From an uncultured Eubacteriales bacterium (GTDB taxonomy: Bacteria > Bacillota > Clostridia > Oscillospirales > RGIG7773): a DNA stretch of 56,466 nt. Where the stretch lies: positions 1 to 56,466 of the forward strand of contig CAKTDK010000001.1 in assembly GCA_934541205.1 (NCBI GenBank), given 5' to 3'. Below the pieces are notes generated by a model. That model saw only the letters and a list, made by a program, of their open reading frames with translations. It was not told the origin of the DNA and did no database searches. The position numbers were made by a program, and so were the translations under genes. Positions 10,344 through 19,328 of this stretch are shown here, piece by piece. How positions within the stretch are numbered: position 1 is the stretch's first letter; every line of letters starts with the position of its first letter.

Positions 10344-10820
10344 ATGGATAAATATTTAAAAAAATTTAAAAAGGCTTTAAAAGTTAATTCTAAACTTAAG
10401 AAAAAAATAGTAAGCGATATACGCGCTGATTTTGAAATGCATATTGCTAACGGCAATACCGTAGAACAGACTATTAAAAAATTAGGAAACCCGAAAGAAG
10501 CAGCTGAAGAATTTAACCAAAACTATCCGGAATATAAAGTTAATGCTAAAAAACGGATTTTGAGTATACTGACTATGGTTTTTGCTTTAGTTTCAATTAT
10601 ATGTTTATTAATTGGGATTATAGGAAAATTTGCTTATTTAGAAAATAAACAAATATCGCATATAGGAGGAGTTGATTTGCCTACAGAAATTTTTATAGTT
10701 TCCGAACCAATTTCTGCATTAACAATTTTTGACGGACTGATAAAAATATCAATGATAATATTTGCTGCGGTAATCTTATGTATAGTTTATCTTTTAATAA
10801 AGTTTAGGAAAAAACGTTAA
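10344..10820 (+). CDS. DUF1700/HAAS-type membrane protein partnered with PadR
   Basis: 158 aa. N-terminal helical domain (MDKYLKKFKKAL...KKLGNPKEAAEEF) followed by two TM segments. This is the usual PadR neighbour. Confidence 0.65.
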   Translation: MDKYLKKFKKALKVNSKLKKKIVSDIRADFEMHIANGNTVEQTIKKLGNPKEAAEEFNQNYPEYKVNAKKRILSILTMVFALVSIICLLIGIIGKFAYLENKQISHIGGVDLPTEIFIVSEPISALTIFDGLIKISMIIFAAVILCIVYLLIKFRKKR

Positions 10821-10832
10821 GGAGTATTAGTG

Positions 10833-11258
10833 ATGAAAAGAATATGTTTTTTATTTTTACTTATAATTTGGCTGACAAGCTGTAAGGGTATAGAGAATAT
10901 TCCTAAAATTGATGAATATATTTGGACTATGACAACGGTTCAAGGCGGAGAGGATGGTTCTGTAATTGCCTGCGCTTCGTCAGAAACGGATATTTATAAA
11001 AATGTAAAAGAGCTTACTTTAAATTGTGAGGCAAAAAACGGAAAGCTTGAAATAAAAGATTCTGCAAACAATAAAAGCTATATGGGCACATACGTTATAG
11101 AGAAAAACAGTCCTGAATCTGTAATTTACAAAGTTGTGATTGAAAATACTGAGGGATATGCAACTTGCGGAGTAACAACGTATTTGGATGAGAGCAAAAG
11201 TCCTGTATTTATTATTGCAATTAATAATTATACATTGAATTTTAAACCTGTAATATAA
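10833..11258 (+). CDS. Putative lipoprotein
   Basis: Signal peptide with lipobox LTSC. AAGGAG lies 8 nt upstream of the ATG at 10833; the track ORF starts at GTG 10830. Confidence 0.55.
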   Translation: MKRICFLFLLIIWLTSCKGIENIPKIDEYIWTMTTVQGGEDGSVIACASSETDIYKNVKELTLNCEAKNGKLEIKDSANNKSYMGTYVIEKNSPESVIYKVVIENTEGYATCGVTTYLDESKSPVFIIAINNYTLNFKPVI

Positions 11259-11268
11259 GCATAGAATA

Positions 11269-11314
11269 AGTGCAGATGTCAGAGTTAATTACTCTTTGAC
11301 AACTGCACTTTTAT
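11269..11314 (+). terminator. Rho-independent terminator
   Basis: Long imperfect hairpin aagtgcagatgtcagagt...actctttgacaactgcactt followed by TTTT. Confidence 0.6.
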
Positions 11315-11357
11315 GGTTTTAAATATAACCGCCTAAAATATGGACAGCCTATTTGAT

Positions 11358-13442
11358 TTAAATTTCTTCAAAAGGAATAAAATCAATCTGACGGTTTGTT
11401 ATATCTGATTTTACAAGCTGAACGCATATTTTATCTCCAAGACGATATGTTTTTCCGCTTCTTTGGCCTTTAAGCATAAGACTATCTTCAATATATTCAT
11501 AGTAATCGTCTTTTAAATCACTTATATGGACAAGACCTTCAATGGTATTTGGCAGCTGAACAAAAAAACCAAAATCCGAAACTCCGGATATTACGGCAGA
11601 AAAAACTTCTCCGATTTTATCGGACATATAATCCGCCATATAAAGCTTATCAATATCTCTTTCGGCATTTTTGGCGTTGTATTCTCTTGAACTGGATCTT
11701 TCCGAGGTGCTGTCTGCAAAATCTTCAAAATGAGAAAGATTTTCATCATTCAATTCTCCGTCAAGATGCATTTTAAGCATACGATGGACGGCAAGGTCAG
11801 GATATCTTCTTATAGGAGAAGTAAAATGAAGATAATATTGAAGATTAAGCCCGAAGTGGCCAAGACAGGTACTGTCGTATCTTGCTTTTTGCATTGTGCG
11901 AAGTGCTATAGCGGATAAGACAGGTTCCAAATCCGTTCCTTTTATGCTTTCAAGCAGCATTTCTATTGATGAAGAATATAATTTTCCCTGATGAGTTTTT
12001 ATTTTTATACCTAAAAGCTTTGCAATTCTTATAAGCCTTTGGGTTTTTGCTTCATCAGGTTCTTCATGAACACGGTAAACGCATGGAATATAAGTGAAAA
12101 ACATATACTTTGCAACACTTTCATTTGCTAAAATCATAAAGTTTTCTATTATCCTGTCGGATTTTCCCCGTTCTCTTGGAACTATATCCGCAATTTTATC
12201 ATTTTCAATAATAATTTTTGCTTCGGGAATATCAAAGTCAAGAGTGCCTCTTTTCTTTTTCTGTTTGTCAAGAAGATTGGAAAGTTCATCAATAAGAAAA
12301 ATTTCATCTGTAAGGTCTTTGTATTTTTCTTTTATTTCTTCAGAAGCTTTTCCGTCGAGGATATCGTTTATTTCGGAATAAATACCTTTTATTTTTGATT
12401 TTATAAAAGATTTTTTTATACTGTAATCAATAACTTCTCCGTTTTTGTTTACAGTCATAAAGCAGGACATTGTAAGTCTTATTTCACCCGGATTTAAAGA
12501 ACATATAAAATTTGAAAGCTCAAAGGGCAGCATCGGAACTACCTGATCGGCAAAATATACGCTGGTTCCTCTGTAAAAAGCCTCCAGATCTAAAGGAGTA
12601 TTTTCCGTTACATAATGAGAAACATCGGCTATATGAACTGAAAGCTCATAATTTTCTCCGACTTTTTTTACTAATATTGCGTCGTCAAGATCTTTTGCGT
12701 CTTTTGAATCTATGGTGAATATTTTTTCGTCTGTTAAATCAATACGATTTTTCAAATCTTCTTTTAAAACGCCTTTTTTAAATATATTTTTGGCTTGATT
12801 TAACGCTTCAGAAGGATAAGCGTCATATATGTCATAAGAGGCTAAAATGGCTTTGTAATTTGATCTTAAATCTCTGTCGGGGCCAAAAATAGTTTGGATT
12901 TTTCCCTCATGATTTCCTTTTTCCTTGTAAGAAGTGATTTTGCAAAGCACCTTATCATATTGTTTTGCTCCGTTTGAATACCTTTCCGGAATAAAAACTT
13001 CTGCGGATCTTGACCCTTCGCCTTTAACTATACCGCCGTTTTTCAGCTCTCTGTAGGTTCCTATTACGGTTTCGGTATTTCTTTTAAGTATTTTTACTAT
13101 TTGGGCTTTGTTTTTGCCTTTGCCTATAATACTGCACAGAACGGTATCACCGCTCATTGCGCCTTTATCCTGACCTTTCGGAACTTCAAAGTCTTTATTT
13201 TGTATTTTTAATTTTCCGCCGTTTTTTAAGGACACAAATTCTCCGGTATATAAATCCATAAATTCGGGAGGGCAAAGCTTACCTTTTTTTGTATACATAA
13301 GATCGCCGTTTTCCGTCATTTTGGGAATAAGAGAAAAAAACTCGGCATATTGGCTGTCATTTAAGCCGAGTTTTTCAATGATTTCTTCAATTTTTAACGG
13401 TTTTTTTATTTCATCAAAACAATTGAGTATTTGGGTTTTCAT
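11358..13442 (-). CDS. rnr: Ribonuclease R
   Basis: 694 aa. RNB domain motifs (DSKDAKDLDDAILV, HIADVSHYV) and a C-terminal S1 domain. Confidence 0.95.
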   Translation of the reverse strand: MKTQILNCFDEIKKPLKIEEIIEKLGLNDSQYAEFFSLIPKMTENGDLMYTKKGKLCPPEFMDLYTGEFVSLKNGGKLKIQNKDFEVPKGQDKGAMSGDTVLCSIIGKGKNKAQIVKILKRNTETVIGTYRELKNGGIVKGEGSRSAEVFIPERYSNGAKQYDKVLCKITSYKEKGNHEGKIQTIFGPDRDLRSNYKAILASYDIYDAYPSEALNQAKNIFKKGVLKEDLKNRIDLTDEKIFTIDSKDAKDLDDAILVKKVGENYELSVHIADVSHYVTENTPLDLEAFYRGTSVYFADQVVPMLPFELSNFICSLNPGEIRLTMSCFMTVNKNGEVIDYSIKKSFIKSKIKGIYSEINDILDGKASEEIKEKYKDLTDEIFLIDELSNLLDKQKKKRGTLDFDIPEAKIIIENDKIADIVPRERGKSDRIIENFMILANESVAKYMFFTYIPCVYRVHEEPDEAKTQRLIRIAKLLGIKIKTHQGKLYSSSIEMLLESIKGTDLEPVLSAIALRTMQKARYDSTCLGHFGLNLQYYLHFTSPIRRYPDLAVHRMLKMHLDGELNDENLSHFEDFADSTSERSSSREYNAKNAERDIDKLYMADYMSDKIGEVFSAVISGVSDFGFFVQLPNTIEGLVHISDLKDDYYEYIEDSLMLKGQRSGKTYRLGDKICVQLVKSDITNRQIDFIPFEEI

Positions 13443-13507
13443 ATTTTTCCGCCTTTCAGGCTTTTAAGGTTTGGTATATAAGTATTTTTACGCTTTTTGA
13501 TATAAAA

Positions 13508-13888
13508 TTATACGGATTTTTCCGCTTTTTTTTGAACGTGTTTTTTTATCATATTAAAGCTTTCTTCGCTTATAACATGCTCAATTCTGCAAGCGTCATA
13601 AACGGCAGTTTTTTCATTTACGCCAAGACGGATAAGCCAGCTTGAAAGAAGATTATGTCGTTCATACATCTTTTCAGCAATTTTAAGTCCTTTTTGAGTA
13701 AGAGTAATAAAGCCTGCCGTATCAACATTTATAAAACCGTTTTCACGAAGGTTTTTCATTGCAACGCTGACGCTTGGTTTTGAAAAATTCAGTTCGTTTA
13801 CTATATCGATAGAACGCACTTGTGATTTGGTTTTGCTTAAGATAAGAATAGTTTCAAGATAATTTTCGGCAGATTCCTGTATTTTCAT
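13508..13888 (-). CDS. DtxR/MntR-family metal-dependent regulator
   Basis: 126 aa with ENYLETILIL...VSVAMKNLRENGFI, a DtxR-type HTH plus dimerisation helices. Confidence 0.8.
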   Translation of the reverse strand: MKIQESAENYLETILILSKTKSQVRSIDIVNELNFSKPSVSVAMKNLRENGFINVDTAGFITLTQKGLKIAEKMYERHNLLSSWLIRLGVNEKTAVYDACRIEHVISEESFNMIKKHVQKKAEKSV

Positions 13889-13906
13889 TTTTTGTCCTCC
13901 AAAAAA

Positions 13907-14326
13907 TTAAAAATCAATAATATTAAGACCTGTTTCATCATCAAAAATACGGTCTATAAATCCGTCCATTATATTGATGAATATTTCGCAGGTTCCGCTT
14001 ATTACAGCTTCGTTTAAATGCCCTCCGAAAGCGTTTCCTTTTTCGTCTCCGAAAGCGGCGTGAAGGTGAAGATACAGCTTTTCGTCTTTTTGGGAGATAC
14101 TTCCCATTAAATTAATAAGCTCCAGCTCTTTTTCAATTACAGTTGATATATAAGTTCTTTTTTCAACCTCGTAAAGTCCGATTTTAATCTTGTCGCAGGC
14201 GCCGATTGCCTGTATTGTTCCAGATTTGATATTATATTCTTTGCAAAGCTTTTCTATGGAAGAGACTATTTCTTCTCCTCTGTTAAGACGCACTGCAAGT
14301 ATATTGTTAAATAATTTGCTTTTCAT
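13907..14326 (-). CDS. PPC (DUF296) domain DNA-binding protein
   Basis: 139 aa. The RLNRGEEIVSSIEKLC...HLHAAFGDEKGNAFGGHL pattern is typical of PPC/DUF296. Confidence 0.7.
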   Translation of the reverse strand: MKSKLFNNILAVRLNRGEEIVSSIEKLCKEYNIKSGTIQAIGACDKIKIGLYEVEKRTYISTVIEKELELINLMGSISQKDEKLYLHLHAAFGDEKGNAFGGHLNEAVISGTCEIFINIMDGFIDRIFDDETGLNIIDF

Positions 14327-14338
14327 ATTATACTCCTT

Positions 14339-16503
14339 TTATATCGCTTTAATTGTTACAGAAAGCTCTTTTGCTTTAATGCTGTCGGAGCCCGCCATAA
14401 TCTCAAATTCGCCTTCTTCAAGAACATAGCTGTTATCAGGCAATACGATAAAAAATTCCTTAACAGGAATGGTAAGTTTAACGGTTTTTTTCTCACCGGG
14501 CTCAAGATGAACTTTTTCAAAAGCTTTAAGTTCTGTAACAGGAGTCATTATGCTGCTTATTTTATCGTTTATGTAAACCTGAACTGTTTCAAATCCTGAA
14601 ATTTTGCCTGTATTTTTAACATCAACAAAAACATCAATAAAAGGCGTATCTTTTGAAAATTCGTTTACTGATGTTTTTAAATTTGAATATTCAAAAGACG
14701 TATAGCTAAGTCCAAATCCGAAGGGGAATAAAGGTTCTTTTTCAACGTCAATATATTTTCCTCCATGCCAGCCTGCAAAATTGTTATAATAAACAGGGAG
14801 CTGACCTGTGCTTCTTGGAAATGATATGGGAAGTTTTCCGCTTGGATTTACATCACCGAACAAAATTTCCGCTGCCGCTGTTCCTCCAAGCATTCCGCTG
14901 TTAAACGTTTCCAAAAGTGCGTCTGAATATTCAAGTACTTTATCAAATACCAAAGGTTTGCAGTTTACAAGAATTGTAACCAAAGGCTTGCCTGTTTCTT
15001 TAAGAGATTTGATAAAATCATTTTGAATTCCGGAAAGTTCTAAATTACTGCGGTCTTTTTGTTCGCCGTTTTGAGAAACGTCATCTCCTATTACCGCAAT
15101 TATTAAATCGCATTCTTTTGCTTTTTCCAAAGCTTTTGATACATTTGAAAAATCATTTCCTTTTATTTCACAGCCTTTTTCATAAAGAACTTTAATATTT
15201 TCTTTTTCGGCTCTGTTTTCAATTCCCGTTTTCATTGTATAATACGGCGTTTCGGGAACTGCATTCGGTTCAGGGTTAGGATGAGTAAAGAAGGTCCAGT
15301 CTCCGTATTGGGCTTGTATGTTGTCTGCGTTTGGGCCTGTAACAAGAATTTTCTTGACTTTTTTTGTATCGATAGGTAAAAGTTTATTATTTTTCAAAAG
15401 AGTCATACTTTGACGGGTAAGTTCAAGATTTGTATCAAGGTGCTTTTTGCAGGCAAAAACAGACTTTTCTGGCATGTCAAAGGGTTTGTCAAAAAGGCCA
15501 AGGGAGAATTTTTGTTTAAGGATTCTCAGCACCGCGTCGTTTAAAATTTCTATGTCAAGCTCTTTGTTTTTAAAAATATCTACAGCAATATCATAGTATT
15601 CAAAACCGTCATTATCATATCATTTCCGGCGGAAAGTGATTTTTTTACGGCGTCGTTCATATTTTCGCAGACAAACTGATGTTTTACAAGAGATGCAGGG
15701 GTTTCCCAGTCGGTTACAATCATACCGTCAAATTTAAGTTCATCTTTTAAAATTTCTTTGACCATACGCTTGTTTATTGCGACAGGAACGCTGTCTATTG
15801 ACTGGTAGCTTGTCATTACGGTTGCGCATCCTGCTTCAACCGCCTTTTCAAAAGGAGGAAGAAAGACTTCCCGGATTTTTCTTTCCGTAAGCTGACTGTC
15901 GTAAGCGTCCCGGCCTCCTGTGCTTTCGCCGTAGCCTATATAATGTTTTGCGCAGGCGAGGATATTGCCGTTTTCGGATAAATCTCCTTGATATCCTTCT
16001 ATCATAGCTCTTCCGAGCTCTCCGATAAGATATGAATCTTCTCCGAAGGTTTCGTCTATTCTGCCCCAGCGGAGATCTCTTCCTATACATAAAACGGGAG
16101 AAAAAGTCCAGTGAATAAAATCAGCTCTGGATTCTTTTGCGCTTGCTTTTGCGGATTCTTTTATAAGATTTCTGTTAAAACTCTGAGCCATAGCAAGCTG
16201 AGAGGGAAAAACAGTAGCTTTTTTGTTGAAAGCATGTCCGTGTATACAGTCAACGCCGAATAAAAGAGGAATTCCCAGCCTTGTTTTTAAAGCAAGAGTT
16301 TGAAGCTTTTCGGGAATACCTGATATACAGTGTAGAAAAGAACCGATATTTCTTTTTTCTATCCATTCGCACGCTTTTTCAAAATCCATCATGTTATAAG
16401 GAAGCTGAACGGTTTGTCCTACTTTTTCTTCAATGGTCATTTCATTAAGTAAAAGTCTTGCTCTTTCTTCAGGAGAAAGATGTGGATCTTTATAACTTGC
16501 CAT
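14339..16503 (-). pseudogene. GH3 beta-glucosidase split by one frameshift (ORFs 15580-16503 and 14339-15532)
   Basis: The N-terminal ORF carries the GH3 TIM-barrel domain (GMIVTDWET, KHYIGYG) and the C-terminal ORF carries the alpha/beta plus FnIII-like part. The -1 frame is open from just upstream of the first ORF's stop. It reads DNDGFEYYDIAVDIFKNKELDIEILNDAVLRILKQKF straight into the second ORF. Confidence 0.8.
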
Positions 16504-16679
16504 GGTTTTATTTCCTTTTCTTTAAAATTTATTATATCATAAGGCTATCATATTACTAAATAAAAATCAATATAGAGCAGGCTTATTATTTTTTAAGATA
16601 ACCACTTTTTTAGTTATATTAAATTTATTCGAAAAAATTGATTAAAAACTGTCAATGCCAATCAAAAAAGGATTGGCAT

Positions 16680-16975
16680 TCTTTTGTCATTGACAAGGAA
16701 GTATTAGTTATGAAAAATCTTTTGTTCCTGTCATTGGGAAGAAATGAAGTTATGAAGAATTTTTTGTTTTTGCCATTCTTAGAGAACAAAGTTCTCGAAG
16801 AATCTGATAAAGGTAAGGAAGAGATTCCCCATTTTATTCGGAGTGACAAAAGAATAATTTGAATGATAAATAAAAAAGAAGATTCCTCACATATGTTCGG
16901 AATGCCAGTAAGAATACTCGGAACGACAAATAAAAAGAGTAGATTTCTCAATTCATTCGCCAATGACAATAAGGA
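16680..16975. repeat. Cluster of at least 5 degenerate ~35-bp intergenic repeat units, in both orientations
   Basis: Units gaagagattccccattttattcggagtgacaaaag (16818-16852), gaagattcctcacatatgttcggaatgccagtaag (16878-16912) and gagtagatttctcaattcattcgccaatgacaataag (16937-16973). An inverted unit gtcattgggaagaaatgaagttatgaagaatttt starts at 16732. The track ORFs here are repeat-derived. Confidence 0.5.
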
Positions 16976-17128
16976 AATGTTAATGTTATGAATGATATAA
17001 ATAATGTTCCTAAAGCTATATAAACAACGTTAAAAATTATACAGAAGCAGTGGTCACGGTGATAGGGAAAGGAAAACTTGCAGTAACGTAATAACAATTA
17101 AAAAAAAGTTAATTAACAAGTAAAAATA

Positions 17129-17158
17129 TAAAAAGTCCGGCCGCAGCCGGACTTTTTT
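17129..17158. terminator. Bidirectional hairpin terminator
   Basis: agtccggc cgca gccggact flanked by an A-run and a T-run, 25 nt below the tmrB-like stop. Confidence 0.7.
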
Positions 17159-17182
17159 GACAGATTTATAGAAATTTAAATT

Positions 17183-17773
17183 TTACTGTTTTCTAATAAA
17201 ATTAGACTGAGTTTTTAACATATTTATCTTTTGTTTTATTGCGTTATCTCTTTTTTTGAGAGGAATATTCAAAATGGAAGCTATTTCTTCTGCAACATCA
17301 GGAATGCTTTTTTTGTCTGTGTATATTTTATTTTCAAAAATTTCGTTTTCAAAGGCTTTAAGACATATATCTATTCTTTTGTAAGCCCATGAGTTTTTAA
17401 ATTCAAAGCGTTTTCTCAGCCTTTTTTTCAAAGTTTCTTTTTCTGCGTATAAGACAAAATGGAAAACGGAGATATTATTTTCGCGAAGCTTTGAAATAAT
17501 TTCTTTATAGTACTGCGGATTTACAATTGTCATGGGAACTATGATTATTCCGTCATAATTTTGAGAAATACTCAAGAGCATTTTAAAACTTATCTCTCGC
17601 CATAAAGGATCATCTTGAAAGTCTTCTTTATGAAGGAAAGAAGGCTGATTTTTTCTTAAAAAATAACCTGCGTTTTCCGCATCATATAAAAAAGAGCGTT
17701 CAGTTCTTCTGTAAAGTTCGGCGCAGGTTTGAGTTTTTCCTGCGCCCCATGCTCCGTTTATCCATATAATCAT
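17183..17773 (-). CDS. TmrB-like P-loop ATPase (tunicamycin-resistance family)
   Basis: 196 aa. MIIWINGAWGAGKTQTCAELYRR closely resembles the B. subtilis TmrB N-terminus (from memory). Confidence 0.7.
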   Translation of the reverse strand: MIIWINGAWGAGKTQTCAELYRRTERSFLYDAENAGYFLRKNQPSFLHKEDFQDDPLWREISFKMLLSISQNYDGIIIVPMTIVNPQYYKEIISKLRENNISVFHFVLYAEKETLKKRLRKRFEFKNSWAYKRIDICLKAFENEIFENKIYTDKKSIPDVAEEIASILNIPLKKRDNAIKQKINMLKTQSNFIRKQ

Positions 17774-18645
17774 CTTTGTTTACCGTAGTAGCTTATTCCG
17801 ATAGTAACGGGGCCTGCATTTAACGAAATAGAACTTCCAAACATGGAAAATCGAATTTCAAGATTTCCTCCGAATTCTTCTTTTAAGGCCTTTTCCAAAA
17901 TTTTATGGTCGTCGCCTATATCACCGTAAGCAATGTCTATAACCTGACTTTCGATATTAACGGCATTTTCTTTAACAAGTTCGACAAGCTTTGGAACAAT
18001 CTGATTTTGACCTCTGAATTTTGAAATAATTGTGGAAACGCCGTCCACCATATAAATTATAGGCTTTAAACCCAAAACCCCGCCTAAAAGCGCAGCGGCG
18101 CAGGAAATCCGTCCTGATTTTCTTGCAAAATCCAAAGTATAGGGTATAAAAAGTATTTCCACTTGTTTTGCTCTTTCGGATATAATACGGCATATTTCAG
18201 AAAATGCAACTTTTTCATCTCTCATTTTTACGCAGTCCATAACAAGGCGTCCGTAGCCTATTGAATAGGTTTTTGCGTCTATCAACACTATTTCACATTG
18301 ATTGTTATGTTTTTTATCAAACATTTCTTTTGCTATAAAAGCGCTTTGATATGTTCCGCTTCCCGAAGAACAAATAGGAATGCAGATAATTTTATTGTAT
18401 CCGTTTTCAAAAGCTTTTTCAAAAGCTTCAAGCCATCTTATATGAGTTATTTGAGTAGTGGTAGGCATAGAAGATGAAAGATTTTGAAGATATTTAAGAA
18501 AATCTTGCTTTTTTATATCAAACTGCTCTCTTTTATCTTCTCCGTCTATATTGACTATTATCGGGAGCATATCAACGTCAAGCTCCAATGCTTTTTGATA
18601 ATCTATATCGCATGCGGTATCTGTAATAATTTTAATTTTTTCCAA
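17770..18645 (-). CDS. DegV family fatty-acid-binding protein
   Basis: 291 aa with the IKIITDTACDI start and overall DegV pattern. 4-nt overlap with the downstream gene. Confidence 0.9.
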   Translation of the reverse strand: MEKIKIITDTACDIDYQKALELDVDMLPIIVNIDGEDKREQFDIKKQDFLKYLQNLSSSMPTTTQITHIRWLEAFEKAFENGYNKIICIPICSSGSGTYQSAFIAKEMFDKKHNNQCEIVLIDAKTYSIGYGRLVMDCVKMRDEKVAFSEICRIISERAKQVEILFIPYTLDFARKSGRISCAAALLGGVLGLKPIIYMVDGVSTIISKFRGQNQIVPKLVELVKENAVNIESQVIDIAYGDIGDDHKILEKALKEEFGGNLEIRFSMFGSSISLNAGPVTIGISYYGKQR

Positions 18646-18669
18646 AATAAAATTCCCCCTGTTTTTATA

Positions 18670-19164
18670 TTAGTCCCAGCTGAATTTTGTGAGTTCACCT
18701 TTAAGAGAAAGCTGTTCAAAATTATGCTGACGAAGAAATTCATAAGCTATGATTGCGACACTGTTTGACAAATTAAGACTTCGGGTTTCGCGGTTCATAG
18801 GTATTCTTATACAAAAATCACGGTTTTTATACAAAAGAGCCTCGTCAAGACCTTTTGTTTCTTTTCCAAAAAGAATATATGCGTTTTCGGGATAACTTAT
18901 ATCGCTGTAGGTATTGAGTCCTTTTGTAGTAGCATAATAAAAAACACCATTTTTATTTTTATCAAAAAACTCGTCAATATTATCATAATAGGTTATATCG
19001 AGATATTTCCAGTAATCAAGCCCCGCTCTTTTCAGATGTTTATCGTCTACGGAAAAGCCGAGAGGTCTTATAAGATGAAGCTTTGAATTTGTTACTGCGC
19101 AGGTTCTTGCAATATTGCCTGCGTTTTGAGGTATTTCAGGTTCAACTAAAACGATATTGAGCAA
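18670..19164 (-). CDS. trmL: tRNA (cytidine/uridine-2'-O)-methyltransferase TrmL (SpoU/TrmH family)
   Basis: 164 aa with IVLVEPEIPQNAGNIARTC and LNLSNSVAIIAYE motifs. Confidence 0.85.
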   Translation of the reverse strand: MLNIVLVEPEIPQNAGNIARTCAVTNSKLHLIRPLGFSVDDKHLKRAGLDYWKYLDITYYDNIDEFFDKNKNGVFYYATTKGLNTYSDISYPENAYILFGKETKGLDEALLYKNRDFCIRIPMNRETRSLNLSNSVAIIAYEFLRQHNFEQLSLKGELTKFSWD

Positions 19165-19328
19165 AAAAATCCCTTCTTCATTGAGTTAATCGTTCTTTAA
19201 TAATACTATAAATAATAATTTTAAGCAATAATTTTTCCCTATATATGAAATATGTTCACAAAAAATTAATGTTTTTACTTTTTTTTTATAGTATAATAGC
19301 AGTTAGAATATAAAGAGGTGTATAAAAT

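Noticed and set aside
16638-16969. ORFs 16638-16862 (+) and 16652-16969 (-)
   Set aside because: They lie entirely within the degenerate repeat cluster and mirror each other on opposite strands. This is the typical repeat-derived artefact.
16680-16975. Possible CRISPR array
   Set aside because: The repeat units are degenerate, occur in both orientations and have irregular spacing. No cas genes are nearby.
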